From Acidimicrobiia bacterium (lineage in GTDB: Bacteria > Actinomycetota > Acidimicrobiia > Spongiisociales > ZC4RG35): DNA of 64,000 nucleotides. The DNA is taken from positions 7,201 to 71,200 of the forward strand of contig DATEDN010000099.1 of assembly GCA_035281645.1 (NCBI GenBank), read 5' to 3'. The position numbers and the translations under genes are program-made. How positions within the stretch are numbered: position 1 is the stretch's first letter; every line of letters starts with the position of its first letter. Shown here piece by piece: positions 34,364 to 43,719 of the stretch. The notes below the pieces were generated by a model. That model was not told the DNA's origin and searched no databases. It was given only the letters and a program-made list of their open reading frames with translations.

Positions 34364-34452
34364 GACATCAGACTCAAGACATCAGACTTCAGACATCCGG
34401 CAACAGGCCGAATCTGACATCTGACGTCTGAAATCTGATGTCTGATATCTGG
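34363..34452. repeat. imperfect palindrome of about 90 bp built from AGACATCAGA-type units (hpt-ftsH intergenic)
   Basis: Left arm AGACATCAGACTCA / AGACATCAGACTTC / AGACATCCGG, apex GGC-AACAG-GCC, right arm containing TCTGACATCTGACGTCTGAAATCTGATGTCTGAT. 34363-72 pairs perfectly (10 bp) with 34434-43. Confidence 0.7.
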
Positions 34453-34478
34453 AAACTGGTCGTAGCATCTAGGAACCC

Positions 34479-36473
34479 GTGAATCGTTCCCTTCGCACTT
34501 TGGCTATCTATGCCATTGCCATCATGGCCCTTGCGCTCTTGGCGCAGCGTTGGTTTGACCAGTGGGGCCAGCCCCAGGAAGTAACCCTTACCAAGTTCCT
34601 TGATGAGGTCAACCGGGAACAGATCGTCGCGGTTGAGGTCCTCACCCGGTCCAACCAAGTCCAGGGTCGGGTGGAAGGGTCCCCGCTTCCCGCCGATCGT
34701 TACGACGTCATCGCCGACTACCCCGACGGTTGGGAAGGCGAGCTCACCGAGCTTCTCAAGGACGGCGGAGTCTTCTTCCAGGTCAACAACCAACCCGATG
34801 GTCTCTGGGCGATCCTCATCAGCCTCTTGCCTTGGGTATTCCTTCTCGGCTTCATGATCTTCATCTTCATGCAAATGCAGGGGAGCGGAAACCGGGTGAT
34901 GCAGTTCGGCAAGGCGAGAGCCCGCATGTTTTCCAAGGAGCAGCCGCGGGTGACCTTCAACGATGTCGCCGGCCTGTCCGAGGCGATCGAAGAGCTGCAG
35001 GAGATCAAGGACTTCCTTCAAAATCCCGACAAGTACCGATCCTTGGGAGCCAAGATTCCCAAGGGCGTGCTCCTTTTCGGGCCTCCTGGAACCGGCAAGA
35101 CACTTCTCGCTCGGGCGGTGGCCGGCGAGGCGGGCGTTCCCTTCCTCTCCATTTCGGGATCGGACTTCGTCGAGATGTTTGTGGGAGTCGGTGCCTCGCG
35201 GGTGCGCGACCTCTTCGAGCAGGCCAAGAGCCACGCTCCCGCCATTGTTTTCATCGATGAGATCGACGCCGTGGGCCGCCACCGCGGAGCGGGCCTGGGT
35301 GGGGGACACGATGAGCGCGAGCAGACCCTCAATCAGTTGCTAGTCGAGCTGGATGGCTTCGACACCAATAACGGCGTCATCGTCGTCGCCGCCACCAACC
35401 GCCCCGACATCCTCGATCCCGCCTTGCTGCGACCGGGTCGATTTGATCGCCAGGTGGTGATCGATGCTCCCGACATCGTCGGACGCGAGGCGATCCTCCA
35501 GGTGCACGCCAAGGGCAAGCCCTTGGGCACCGACGTCAGCCTCGAAGTGATGGCTCGCCGCACTCCCGGATTCACCGGGGCCGATCTCGCCAACCTGATC
35601 AACGAGGCGGCACTCCTCACGGCCCGCCGCCGCAAGAGCACGATCTCAATGCTGGAGATGGAAGAGGCGATCGATCGCGTTATCGCCGGTCCCGAGCGCA
35701 AGACCAAGGTGATGACCGACGACGAGAAGCGGCTCATCGCCTATCACGAAACCGGCCACGCTCTGGTCGGTTGGGCGTTGCCGATGGCCGACCCGGTCCA
35801 CAAGATCACAATCGTGGCCAGGGGTCGTTCCCTCGGCCACACACTGGCCCTGCCGACTCACGACAAATATCTAACCCGGAGGTCAGAGCTGGTAGATCAG
35901 CTGGCGATGCTGCTCGGGGGTCGCACCGCTGAGGAGCTGATCTATGCCGACCCCACCACCGGCGCAGCCAACGACATTGAAAAGGCAACCCAGATTGCTC
36001 GACGGATGGTGATGGAGTTCGGGATGAGCGACAAGCTCGGTCCGATGCAGTACGGCCGGCCGGGGGGTGAGGTGTTCTTGGGTCGCGACTACGTGCGCCA
36101 GCAGGATTACTCCGACGAGGTGGCCGCCTTCATCGACGAGGAGGTTCGGCAGATGATCAACGCCGCCCATTCCGAAGCACTACTCATTCTTGAATCCCAC
36201 ACCGATGCCATGGAGCGGATGGTCGGGATCCTGCTCGAGAAGGAAACGGTGGGGCCGGAAGAGCTGGCCGAGATCTTCGCCGAGGTGCCCAAGTGGGAGC
36301 ACGACCCCGAGGGTGGGCTCCGCATTCGCAAGCCCGAAGGAGGGACGGGAGCCAAGAAGCCCGACCTCGCTGCCGCAGCCGCTCAGGAGACTCCGACCCC
36401 GCCCGAACCGACCGGACGCAAGCCTCGGGTCCTGCTGCCGCGGATGAAGCCGGCCGACGCCCCCGGCTCCTAG
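34479..36473 (+). CDS. ftsH: ATP-dependent zinc metalloprotease FtsH, paralog 2 (canonical tilS-hpt-ftsH-folE context)
   Basis: Walker A GPPGTGKT, Walker B IVFIDEID, zinc site HETGHA. GTG start. Confidence 0.95.
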   Translation: MNRSLRTLAIYAIAIMALALLAQRWFDQWGQPQEVTLTKFLDEVNREQIVAVEVLTRSNQVQGRVEGSPLPADRYDVIADYPDGWEGELTELLKDGGVFFQVNNQPDGLWAILISLLPWVFLLGFMIFIFMQMQGSGNRVMQFGKARARMFSKEQPRVTFNDVAGLSEAIEELQEIKDFLQNPDKYRSLGAKIPKGVLLFGPPGTGKTLLARAVAGEAGVPFLSISGSDFVEMFVGVGASRVRDLFEQAKSHAPAIVFIDEIDAVGRHRGAGLGGGHDEREQTLNQLLVELDGFDTNNGVIVVAATNRPDILDPALLRPGRFDRQVVIDAPDIVGREAILQVHAKGKPLGTDVSLEVMARRTPGFTGADLANLINEAALLTARRRKSTISMLEMEEAIDRVIAGPERKTKVMTDDEKRLIAYHETGHALVGWALPMADPVHKITIVARGRSLGHTLALPTHDKYLTRRSELVDQLAMLLGGRTAEELIYADPTTGAANDIEKATQIARRMVMEFGMSDKLGPMQYGRPGGEVFLGRDYVRQQDYSDEVAAFIDEEVRQMINAAHSEALLILESHTDAMERMVGILLEKETVGPEELAEIFAEVPKWEHDPEGGLRIRKPEGGTGAKKPDLAAAAAQETPTPPEPTGRKPRVLLPRMKPADAPGS

Positions 36474-36479
36474 CCCAAC

Positions 36480-37079
36480 ATGGGCGATCGCCGACAGCCC
36501 GCCCCCTCGGGGGCTATCGACACCAACGCCATCGAAGCCGCGGTCCGCCAAATTCTGATCGCTATCGGCGAGGACCCCGCTCGCGAGGGCTTGGTCGGAA
36601 CGCCAGAGCGAGTGGCGCGGATGTACGCAGAGATCTTCGAGGGCATCCATCGCGATCCCGCGGATGAGGTCGACGCCTTCTTTGGCGATGAGCACTACCA
36701 GGAGATCGTGATGGTGCGCGACATTCCGTTTCAAACGTTTTGCGAGCATCACATGCTTCCTTTCCTTGGCAAAGCCCATGTCGCTTACATTCCGAAGGGG
36801 CGAGTGACGGGACTGTCCAAGCTTGCTCGGTTGCTCGAGGGCTATTGCCGCCGGCTGCAGATGCAAGAGCGCTTGACCTCTCAAGTGGCCGACGCTCTGA
36901 TGGACCGTCTCGAGGCAATGGGGGTCCTGGTGGTGCTGGAAGCCGAGCATTTGTGCATGACCATGCGAGGGGTGAAGAAGCCGGGAAGCGTCACCGTCAC
37001 CTCGGCGGTGCGGGGAACCATGGCCACTAACCCATCCACGCGAGCGGAGGCACTGGCCCTCATCGATCGCGGGCGATGA
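36480..37079 (+). CDS. folE: GTP cyclohydrolase I
   Basis: TPERVARMY...[19 protein letters not shown]...QERLT signature. Confidence 0.95.
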   Translation: MGDRRQPAPSGAIDTNAIEAAVRQILIAIGEDPAREGLVGTPERVARMYAEIFEGIHRDPADEVDAFFGDEHYQEIVMVRDIPFQTFCEHHMLPFLGKAHVAYIPKGRVTGLSKLARLLEGYCRRLQMQERLTSQVADALMDRLEAMGVLVVLEAEHLCMTMRGVKKPGSVTVTSAVRGTMATNPSTRAEALALIDRGR

Positions 37080-37939
37080 CCCGCCGGTGGGGCACGGCCC
37101 GGGGTGAGCTTTCCCTCGAGGCGCCCCTCCTGATGGGAATCGTCAACGTCACCCCGGATTCGTTCTCAGACGGTGGACTTCTTCCCACCGCGGAGTCAGC
37201 GATCGCGCATGGAAGGCGGTTGGTTTCAGACGGCGCGGCGTTGCTCGACATCGGCGGTGAATCAACGCGCCCTCGCGCCGAACCGGTCGCTTTGGAGGTG
37301 GAGTTGGAGCGGATCCTTCCGGTGGTGGAAGGGCTCAGCGCGTTGGGGGCTCTGGTCTCGATCGATACCACGAAAGCGGGCGTTGCCCGAGCGGCCCTCG
37401 AAGCCGGGGCTGTCATCGTCAATGACATCAGCGGTGGCGCGGATCCGGCCCTGGTAGATGCCGTGGCCCAATTCGACGCCGGGCTGGTGCTGATGCATAT
37501 GCAAGGCACTCCCCAAACCATGCAGGACGATCCGACCTATGCCGACGTCGTGACCGAGGTCGGAGACTTCCTGGCCCAACGGACCCGTCTGGCCATGCAG
37601 CTCGGGGTGTCGCCCGACCACATCTGCGTCGACCCCGGGATCGGGTTTGGGAAGTTGGCCGAGCACAACCTCGCCTTGCTCGCCGGCCTGCCCCGATTGA
37701 GGAAGTTGGGGTTTCCAATCATGGTCGGTATCTCGCGCAAGGCCATTCTCGGGCGCATCACCGGCGAGAAGGATCCGCTGCGTCGGGATGTCGCCACCGC
37801 GGCCGGCATCGCCACCCTCTGGGACCGGGGAGTCGACGTTTTTCGCGTTCACAATGTGGCCGCTTGTCGAGAAGCGCTTTTGGTGGCTATGGCTATCGTC
37901 CCGCCTGTCGATCACCGTGACGAAACAACACAGGTCTAG
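37076..37939 (+). CDS. folP: dihydropteroate synthase
   Basis: [32 protein letters not shown]. Confidence 0.95.
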   Translation: MTRRWGTARGELSLEAPLLMGIVNVTPDSFSDGGLLPTAESAIAHGRRLVSDGAALLDIGGESTRPRAEPVALEVELERILPVVEGLSALGALVSIDTTKAGVARAALEAGAVIVNDISGGADPALVDAVAQFDAGLVLMHMQGTPQTMQDDPTYADVVTEVGDFLAQRTRLAMQLGVSPDHICVDPGIGFGKLAEHNLALLAGLPRLRKLGFPIMVGISRKAILGRITGEKDPLRRDVATAAGIATLWDRGVDVFRVHNVAACREALLVAMAIVPPVDHRDETTQV

Positions 37940-38021
37940 AGCACGTCGGCTTCACATAAATTTGAGCTGGCCGGGCGAGAAAGGCTGACAAATCAATACT
38001 GGTTTAAAGCCCCGAGGATTC

Positions 38022-38465
38022 ATGTGGGTGATAGCTGATCGCTTGGCAGTCTCCGAGCGCATCGGGGGGCACGGGTTTCAACATCGCAAGATCCGGCGCG
38101 AGGAAGAGATCAACTGGCTGAAGCGGGGGGCGCAAGTGACATCGGTCATCACCCTCTTGCCCGGCAATCAGAACTTGGCCGCGTACCGCGATGCCGGCCT
38201 GAACGCTCGCCAGGTCATGATCTCCGAACGCCCGACTCCACAGGAGGCCGAGCGAGTTTTCAAGGCCGTGCACGAAGAGTTGTCGGATCCCACTGCCCGC
38301 GTCCTGGTCCATGGTGAAGTCATCAACGACGACCTCGCGGGGCTTCTGGCCGGTTATCTGGTCTGGTCGGGAATGGTGGGACAGCCAATCATGGCGGTCT
38401 CCCTCGTGGAAGAGATTTTGCGCCGACCGCTCGGCCCCGAGGGGCGCGCCCTCGTGCCCAGCTAG
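38022..38465 (+). CDS. hypothetical protein, dual-specificity-phosphatase-like with degenerate P-loop
   Basis: 147 aa. RVLVHGEVINDDLAGLLAGYLVW aligns by eye with the VLVHCxxGxxRS..AYL signature, but has Gly in place of the catalytic Cys and Asp in place of the Arg. An 82-bp relatively AT-rich gap precedes it. Confidence 0.45.
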   Translation: MWVIADRLAVSERIGGHGFQHRKIRREEEINWLKRGAQVTSVITLLPGNQNLAAYRDAGLNARQVMISERPTPQEAERVFKAVHEELSDPTARVLVHGEVINDDLAGLLAGYLVWSGMVGQPIMAVSLVEEILRRPLGPEGRALVPS

Positions 38466-38827
38466 TGGATCGGCTCCAACTCACCGGCATCGAGGTCTTT
38501 GCTCACCACGGAGTCCTGCCCGAGGAAAAACAGATCGGTCAAAGGTTTCTGATCGATCTCGATATAGAAGCCGATCTCAAGGCGGCGGGAAAAAGTGACA
38601 GCCTCGACGACACCATCGATTACGGCAGCCTGGCGGAGAAAATTCACGAGTTAGTCGGGGGGTCTCGGTGGAATTTGATCGAGAAGGTTGCCGAGGAAAT
38701 TGCCAAATTGGTTCTATCGATTCCCCCCGTGAAGGCGATAGCCGTGACGGTCCACAAACCCAACGCACCCATCGCCGTCGATTTCGCCGATGTCAGCGTG
38801 ACAATTGAACGCCATCGCCAGGCCTAG
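38465..38827 (+). CDS. folB: dihydroneopterin aldolase
   Basis: IEVFAHHGVLPEEKQIGQRFLIDL...DTIDYG. GTG start overlaps the upstream TAG by 1 nt. Confidence 0.9.
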   Translation: MDRLQLTGIEVFAHHGVLPEEKQIGQRFLIDLDIEADLKAAGKSDSLDDTIDYGSLAEKIHELVGGSRWNLIEKVAEEIAKLVLSIPPVKAIAVTVHKPNAPIAVDFADVSVTIERHRQA

Positions 38828-38834
38828 GAGCTAG

Positions 38835-39779
38835 GTGCCGAAGGTTGCGATCTCACTCGGATCGAATCTCGGCGACCGCCTGGCCAACCTCCGTTTCGCA
38901 ATCGAGCGAATCTCGAGGTCGTTTTCGCTGACCGCGGTTTCATCTCTCTATCTGACGGCTCCGGTGGGGGGGCCTGCCCAAGACGACTTTCTGAATGCAG
39001 TCGCGCTGATCGATTCCGATCAACCCCCGCTCGAGATCCTGGGACAGTTGCAGGGCATCGAGGCAGCAGCCGGACGGGTTCGAAACGAGCGCTTTGGGCC
39101 CCGCACGCTCGATCTCGATCTGATCGCGGTCGAAGGCATCAGCTGGGCCAGCGCCGACCTCGAGCTTCCTCACCCCCGCAGTCATCAGAGACGGTTTGTG
39201 GTCGAGCCGCTGACCGAGGTGTGGCCGGAGGCGTCCCTGAGCGGCGGGCCGGCAGCGAGCCTATTGAGAACCGTGCGAGGTCAGCAAGTGGTCCGCCTGG
39301 CGGATTCCTGGCTGACCGGGCCTATCCACTTCGTCGAGAAGGGCGCTCCCTGGGTGGCTGCCCAGTTCGTTCTGCTGATCGCGGTCGCGGTGTTCGTCGT
39401 CGTCAGCGGCGCCTGGCCGCCCGCCGGTTGGAGCTGGTTGGGTCTGATTCCCATCGGGGCCGGTCTCTTCTTCATCGGTGCCGGCGCCAAAGAGCTGGGG
39501 GACGCCTTCACAGCCATGCCCACACCACGCCAAGCCAAGCTTGCCCAGGGGGGCGTCTATCGAGTCGTTCGCCATCCGATCTATCTGGGTCTGCTGCTGG
39601 GCGCGATTGGAGCGGTGATCTTGTGGCGGGCCTGGTGGAGTTTTTTGCTCGTCGGTGTGCTGGCGGGCTTCTTCTGGCTCAAAGCTCGTTTTGAAGAACA
39701 GCGGCTCAGGGTGATCTATCCGGAGTACGCCGACTATGCCGGAGATGTTCGGGCGACCATTCTTCCGGGTTGGCGATGA
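38835..39779 (+). CDS. folK: HPPK (FolK) fused to a C-terminal ICMT/PEMT-like membrane methyltransferase domain
   Basis: The N-terminal 150 aa or so are HPPK (ISLGSNLGDR, YLTAPVGGPAQDDFLNAV, RFGPRTLDLDLI, LELPHPR). These are followed by TM helices and GGVYRVVRHPIYLGLLL...KARFEEQRLRVIYPEYADYAGDV, all in one uninterrupted frame. Confidence 0.85.
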   Translation: MPKVAISLGSNLGDRLANLRFAIERISRSFSLTAVSSLYLTAPVGGPAQDDFLNAVALIDSDQPPLEILGQLQGIEAAAGRVRNERFGPRTLDLDLIAVEGISWASADLELPHPRSHQRRFVVEPLTEVWPEASLSGGPAASLLRTVRGQQVVRLADSWLTGPIHFVEKGAPWVAAQFVLLIAVAVFVVVSGAWPPAGWSWLGLIPIGAGLFFIGAGAKELGDAFTAMPTPRQAKLAQGGVYRVVRHPIYLGLLLGAIGAVILWRAWWSFLLVGVLAGFFWLKARFEEQRLRVIYPEYADYAGDVRATILPGWR

Positions 39780-40573
39780 GGATTTTGCTGATAGGTCCCG
39801 GCCGGGCCGGGGGAGCGCTGGCCCTGGCGGGCGCCGCCGCCGGCCATGAGATCTGCGGCCTGGTCGCTCGCTCACCCCTTCGTTGGGAGCTCGGGTTTCC
39901 GCTGGTAGAAGGCCATTGGCCCGCGGCCGATCTTGTTGTGATCGCCACTCGCGACGGGGAGATCGCCGAAGCCGCCCGCCAAGCGGGCAACCACCACCTC
40001 CCGGCCGCCGCTGTGCATCTGTCTGGTGCAACCAGTATTTCGGTTCTCTCCGAATTGGCGGGATTGGGATGGGAGGTCGGCTCCTTTCACCCACTGCAAT
40101 CCCTTCCCGACCCACGAGACGGCGCCCGGGTCCTGGCTGGTTCCTGGGTGGCGGTGACGGCCGGCGGTCGGTTGCGAGAGCTGCTGCGGGTGCTGGCCGC
40201 CAGCCTCGGCATGCACGACTTCGACCTGGACGACGAGGTCCGCTCCACCTACCACTCGGGGGCGGCCGCCGCCTCCAATTTCCTCGTGGCGGCGCTCGAT
40301 CTCGCCCAGCAGTTCTTCGAGAAGGCCAAAGTGCCATTCGCCGCCGCCGAGCCCTTGTCCCAAGCGGTGGTGGGCCATGCCTTCGCCCTGGGGGCAAGGC
40401 GGTCGCTGACCGGGCCCATCCTGCGCCAGGATTGGGAAACCGTTCGCCTGCAAAGATCGGCTGCGGCCGAATTGGGAGAGGAGGCCTTGAGGCAGTTCGA
40501 CCTCCTAACGGCGGCGACCGCCATCACCGCATCGGTCGAGCTTCCGGCTGATCTGAAGCTTCATCGTGACTGA
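39776..40573 (+). CDS. Rossmann-fold / DUF2520-type oxidoreductase-like protein
   Basis: MRILLIGPGRAGGALA N-terminus and an Ala/Leu-rich C-terminal domain. ATGA overlap with the folK-fusion stop. Sits upstream of panC, as the Rv3603c-like gene does in mycobacteria. Confidence 0.65.
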   Translation: MRILLIGPGRAGGALALAGAAAGHEICGLVARSPLRWELGFPLVEGHWPAADLVVIATRDGEIAEAARQAGNHHLPAAAVHLSGATSISVLSELAGLGWEVGSFHPLQSLPDPRDGARVLAGSWVAVTAGGRLRELLRVLAASLGMHDFDLDDEVRSTYHSGAAAASNFLVAALDLAQQFFEKAKVPFAAAEPLSQAVVGHAFALGARRSLTGPILRQDWETVRLQRSAAAELGEEALRQFDLLTAATAITASVELPADLKLHRD

Positions 40574-41450
40574 GGTCACCCGAACCTTTTTCGAAAGCCG
40601 TCTCCAGCGGCGGGGGCTCACCGCCCTCGTACCGACTATGGGTTATTTGCACGAGGGGCACCTGGCATTGATGGCTGCGGCTCGTCAGGCGGCAGAGACC
40701 GTCATCGTTTCCCTGTTCGTCAACCCCCTTCAGTTCAATGACCCCGCCGATCTGGAGAGATACCCCCGCGACCTTGAACGGGATCTGGAGATGGCGAGGG
40801 CCGAGAAGGTCGACGTTGTCTTTGCTCCTTCGTCGGAGGAAATGTACCCCGAGCCTCCGCTCACCCGGGTCAGGGTTGCCAAAGTAGGGGATCACCTGGA
40901 AGGACCCAGGCGGCCGGGTCATTTCGAGGGCGTGGCGACGGCGGTGGCAAAGCTTTTTGCCGGGATTCAGCCCGACCTTGCATTCTTTGGTCGGAAAGAT
41001 GCGCAACAGCTCGCTCTCGTCCGCCAGATGACAAAGGACCTCTCGTTTCCGGTGACTATCAGCGGTCAGCCCACCATCCGCGAACAGGATGGACTCGCGC
41101 TCTCCAGCCGCAATGTCTTTCTCAGCCCCGAAGATCGGGTGGCGGCCTTGTCTATCAGCGCCGGACTCTTCGCCGCCGCCGACCTGGCCGAAGCTGGAGA
41201 GCGAGATGGCGGACGGTTGCTCGAGGTCGCGAGCCAGGTGGCCGACGGGGTCGATATCGAGTACGTCACCCTCGCCTCCCAGAATCATGCTCAGCCGCTC
41301 GACGAGCTTGACCGACCGTCTTTTCTGGCCGTCGCCGCCCAGGTCGGCAAGGTGCGCCTGATCGACAATGTTGCTTTCGACCTCGTCGTCGGTCAGGTGA
41401 TGGCCGATCGAGGCCGTCGGCTCGAGCGAGAAAGTGTCCTCTACCGCTGA
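40566..41450 (+). CDS. panC: pantoate--beta-alanine ligase
   Basis: VPTMGYLHEGHLALM, LFVNPLQF, GHFEGVATAV. Confidence 0.95.
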   Translation: MTEVTRTFFESRLQRRGLTALVPTMGYLHEGHLALMAAARQAAETVIVSLFVNPLQFNDPADLERYPRDLERDLEMARAEKVDVVFAPSSEEMYPEPPLTRVRVAKVGDHLEGPRRPGHFEGVATAVAKLFAGIQPDLAFFGRKDAQQLALVRQMTKDLSFPVTISGQPTIREQDGLALSSRNVFLSPEDRVAALSISAGLFAAADLAEAGERDGGRLLEVASQVADGVDIEYVTLASQNHAQPLDELDRPSFLAVAAQVGKVRLIDNVAFDLVVGQVMADRGRRLERESVLYR

Positions 41451-42211
41451 TGCTGCTGCTTTGTGACGTCGGCAACACCAACACCATCGTCGGCCTCTGG
41501 GATGGCGAGGCGGCTGTCCACCGCTGGCGGATATCCACCGATTTGGAGCGCACCGCCGATGAATGTCGGCTCCTCCTGAGATCGATGCTTGCTGAGTACG
41601 CCGGCCCAGTCAGCGGCGGCTGCCTTTCCTCGGTGGTGCCACAACGCACCGAGAGTTGGCGGCAGGCGCTTGCTCCCCTCATCGACGGCCGCCTGGTCGT
41701 GGTTGGACCCGGTGTCAAGACGGGGATTGCGTTATCGGTCGACAATCCCCGCGAGGTCGGGGCCGACCGGGTGGCCAACGCCATTGGGGCGGTCCGCCTC
41801 CTCGGCGCCCCGGTGATCGTGGTCGATTTTGGGACCGCCACCACTGTCGACCTGGTTGGTCCGGACGGGTCCTACAGGGGGGGAGCGATAGCCCCCGGCC
41901 TCGAAGTTTCGGCGGATGCCCTGGTGACCCACACTGCCGCCCTGCGAAGGGTTGAGCTGTCCGCCCCCCGGAGCCCGGTCGGGCGCTCGACCGTCGAGGC
42001 AATTCAGAGCGGCCTCATCTATGGCTACGCCGGTCTGGTCGACGGCCTCGTCGAGCGCATCCTGGCTCAGGTCGACACTCCAGTCCCCGTTGTGGCTACT
42101 GGCGGGCTGGCGCCGACCGTCGTTGCCCACACCCGCCTGGTGAAGGAGGTCCAAACGGACTTGACCCTCGTGGGCTTGGCCGAGATCTTCGCCTTGAACC
42201 ACGACGGTTAG
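41450..42211 (+). CDS. coaX: type III pantothenate kinase
   Basis: LLLCDVGNTNTIVG, VVDFGTATT, ATGG. Confidence 0.9.
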   Translation: MLLLCDVGNTNTIVGLWDGEAAVHRWRISTDLERTADECRLLLRSMLAEYAGPVSGGCLSSVVPQRTESWRQALAPLIDGRLVVVGPGVKTGIALSVDNPREVGADRVANAIGAVRLLGAPVIVVDFGTATTVDLVGPDGSYRGGAIAPGLEVSADALVTHTAALRRVELSAPRSPVGRSTVEAIQSGLIYGYAGLVDGLVERILAQVDTPVPVVATGGLAPTVVAHTRLVKEVQTDLTLVGLAEIFALNHDG

Positions 42212-42251
42212 TTGGCAGCGGAGCGCAACCGGGCGCGGATAAGGTCTGACG

Positions 42252-43676
42252 GTGAGCACTGACGAGCTTCCCTACCGGTTCGAGCGCAGCGCCCTGGCGG
42301 CTGACCTAGCGGCTGCCCACGCCGATCTCGGTCCCGGAGCGGCAACCGGACAGATGGTGGCCGTGGCCGGTCGGGTGATGCTCAAGCGCTCGTTCGGCAA
42401 GCTCATTTTCCTCACAATTCGTGATTACTCGGGGCGGATCCAACTCCTTGCCGAGTCGTCTCGACTGGCAGGCAACGCCTTCGAGAAAGTGGCGGAGGCC
42501 AACCTTGGTGACTGGGTAGGCGGGGTGGGCGAAATGGTCACGACCAAAAAGGGCGAGCTCTCGGTGCGACTCGAGTCGTTCGTGGTTCTGGCCCGCATTC
42601 ATCGTCCCCTCCCCGATAAGTGGCATGGCCTGACCGACATCGAGGCCCGGTCTCGTCAGCGTTACCTCGACCTCATTGTCAACGACCGCTCCCTCGCCGT
42701 GGCTCAGGCCCGCTCGGAGGTGGTCAGCGAGCTTCGCTCCGAGTTCCTTGCCCGCGGCTTCGTCGAAGTCGAGACCCCGGTGCTCCTATCGCAGGCCACC
42801 GGGGCCATCGCCCGACCCTTTCTTACCCATCACGAATCCCTCGACCTGCAGATGAAGCTACGTATCTCACTCGAGCTCTATCTGAAACGGCTCGTCGTCG
42901 GAGGAATGGAGCGGGTTTTTGAGATCGGACGCGTGTTTCGTAACGAAGGCATCGACTCCACTCATAATCCCGAGTTCACGATGCTCGAGGCCTATCAGGC
43001 CCTGGCCGACTATCACGACATGATCACGCTCGTCGAAGAGGTCTTCGTCGCAGTGGTGAAATCGGTCACAGGCGGGACGACCATCAGCTATCGGGGCAAG
43101 CCACTCGAGTTCAACCCGCCATTTCGGAGGGCGACGATGCTGGACCTGGTCAGCGAGGCCGCCGGCGAGCCCGTCTCCCTCGAACGTCCTCTCGACGAGC
43201 TCCGCCGCCTTGCTCACCAGCTGGGGACGGAGGTCGAGGACGCTTGGGGTCCGGGTCGGGTGATCGAGGCGATATATGACCAGGTGGTCGAGGGGAGCAT
43301 CTGGGAGCCGACTTTTGTCACCGATTACCCCAAAGAGATTTCGCCATTGGCCCGAGTCCACCGTTCGAGCGCCGACTTGACCGAGCGCTTCGAGCTGGTC
43401 ATTGCGGGATCCGAGTATGTCAACGCCTTCTCCGAGTTGATCGATCCGCTCGATCAGAGGGCGCGGTTCGAAGAACAGGCCGCCGCTCGGGCGGCGGGCG
43501 ACGTCGAAGCCCACCCGCTCGATGAGGACTTCTTGCGGGCACTCGAGTACGGCATGCCCCCCACCGGCGGCCTCGGCATAGGAGTCGATCGGCTGGTGAT
43601 GCTCGTCACCGACACCCATCACATCCGGGACGTCATCCTCTTTCCGACTCTCCGTCCGGAGAGCCCCGCGCCCTAG
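42252..43676 (+). CDS. lysS: lysine--tRNA ligase (class II)
   Basis: Motif 2 FRNEGIDSTHNPEFTMLE and motif 3 GGLGIGVDRLVM. Confidence 0.95.
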   Translation: MSTDELPYRFERSALAADLAAAHADLGPGAATGQMVAVAGRVMLKRSFGKLIFLTIRDYSGRIQLLAESSRLAGNAFEKVAEANLGDWVGGVGEMVTTKKGELSVRLESFVVLARIHRPLPDKWHGLTDIEARSRQRYLDLIVNDRSLAVAQARSEVVSELRSEFLARGFVEVETPVLLSQATGAIARPFLTHHESLDLQMKLRISLELYLKRLVVGGMERVFEIGRVFRNEGIDSTHNPEFTMLEAYQALADYHDMITLVEEVFVAVVKSVTGGTTISYRGKPLEFNPPFRRATMLDLVSEAAGEPVSLERPLDELRRLAHQLGTEVEDAWGPGRVIEAIYDQVVEGSIWEPTFVTDYPKEISPLARVHRSSADLTERFELVIAGSEYVNAFSELIDPLDQRARFEEQAAARAAGDVEAHPLDEDFLRALEYGMPPTGGLGIGVDRLVMLVTDTHHIRDVILFPTLRPESPAP

Positions 43677-43719
43677 CCGAGACCATCAAGTAGGGGCCGA
43701 ATCTGGCCGATTTAATGCC

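Noticed and set aside
34363-34452. Possible CRISPR-like or minisatellite array (repeated CAGACAT units)
   Set aside because: The units are 7-14 nt with no spacers, are arranged as an inverted repeat, and no cas genes are present. It is treated as a structured intergenic repeat instead.
39261-40397. 378-aa minus-strand ORF across folK-fusion/DUF2520
   Set aside because: It is extremely Arg/Pro/Gly-rich and overlaps two plus-strand genes that have recognisable domains.
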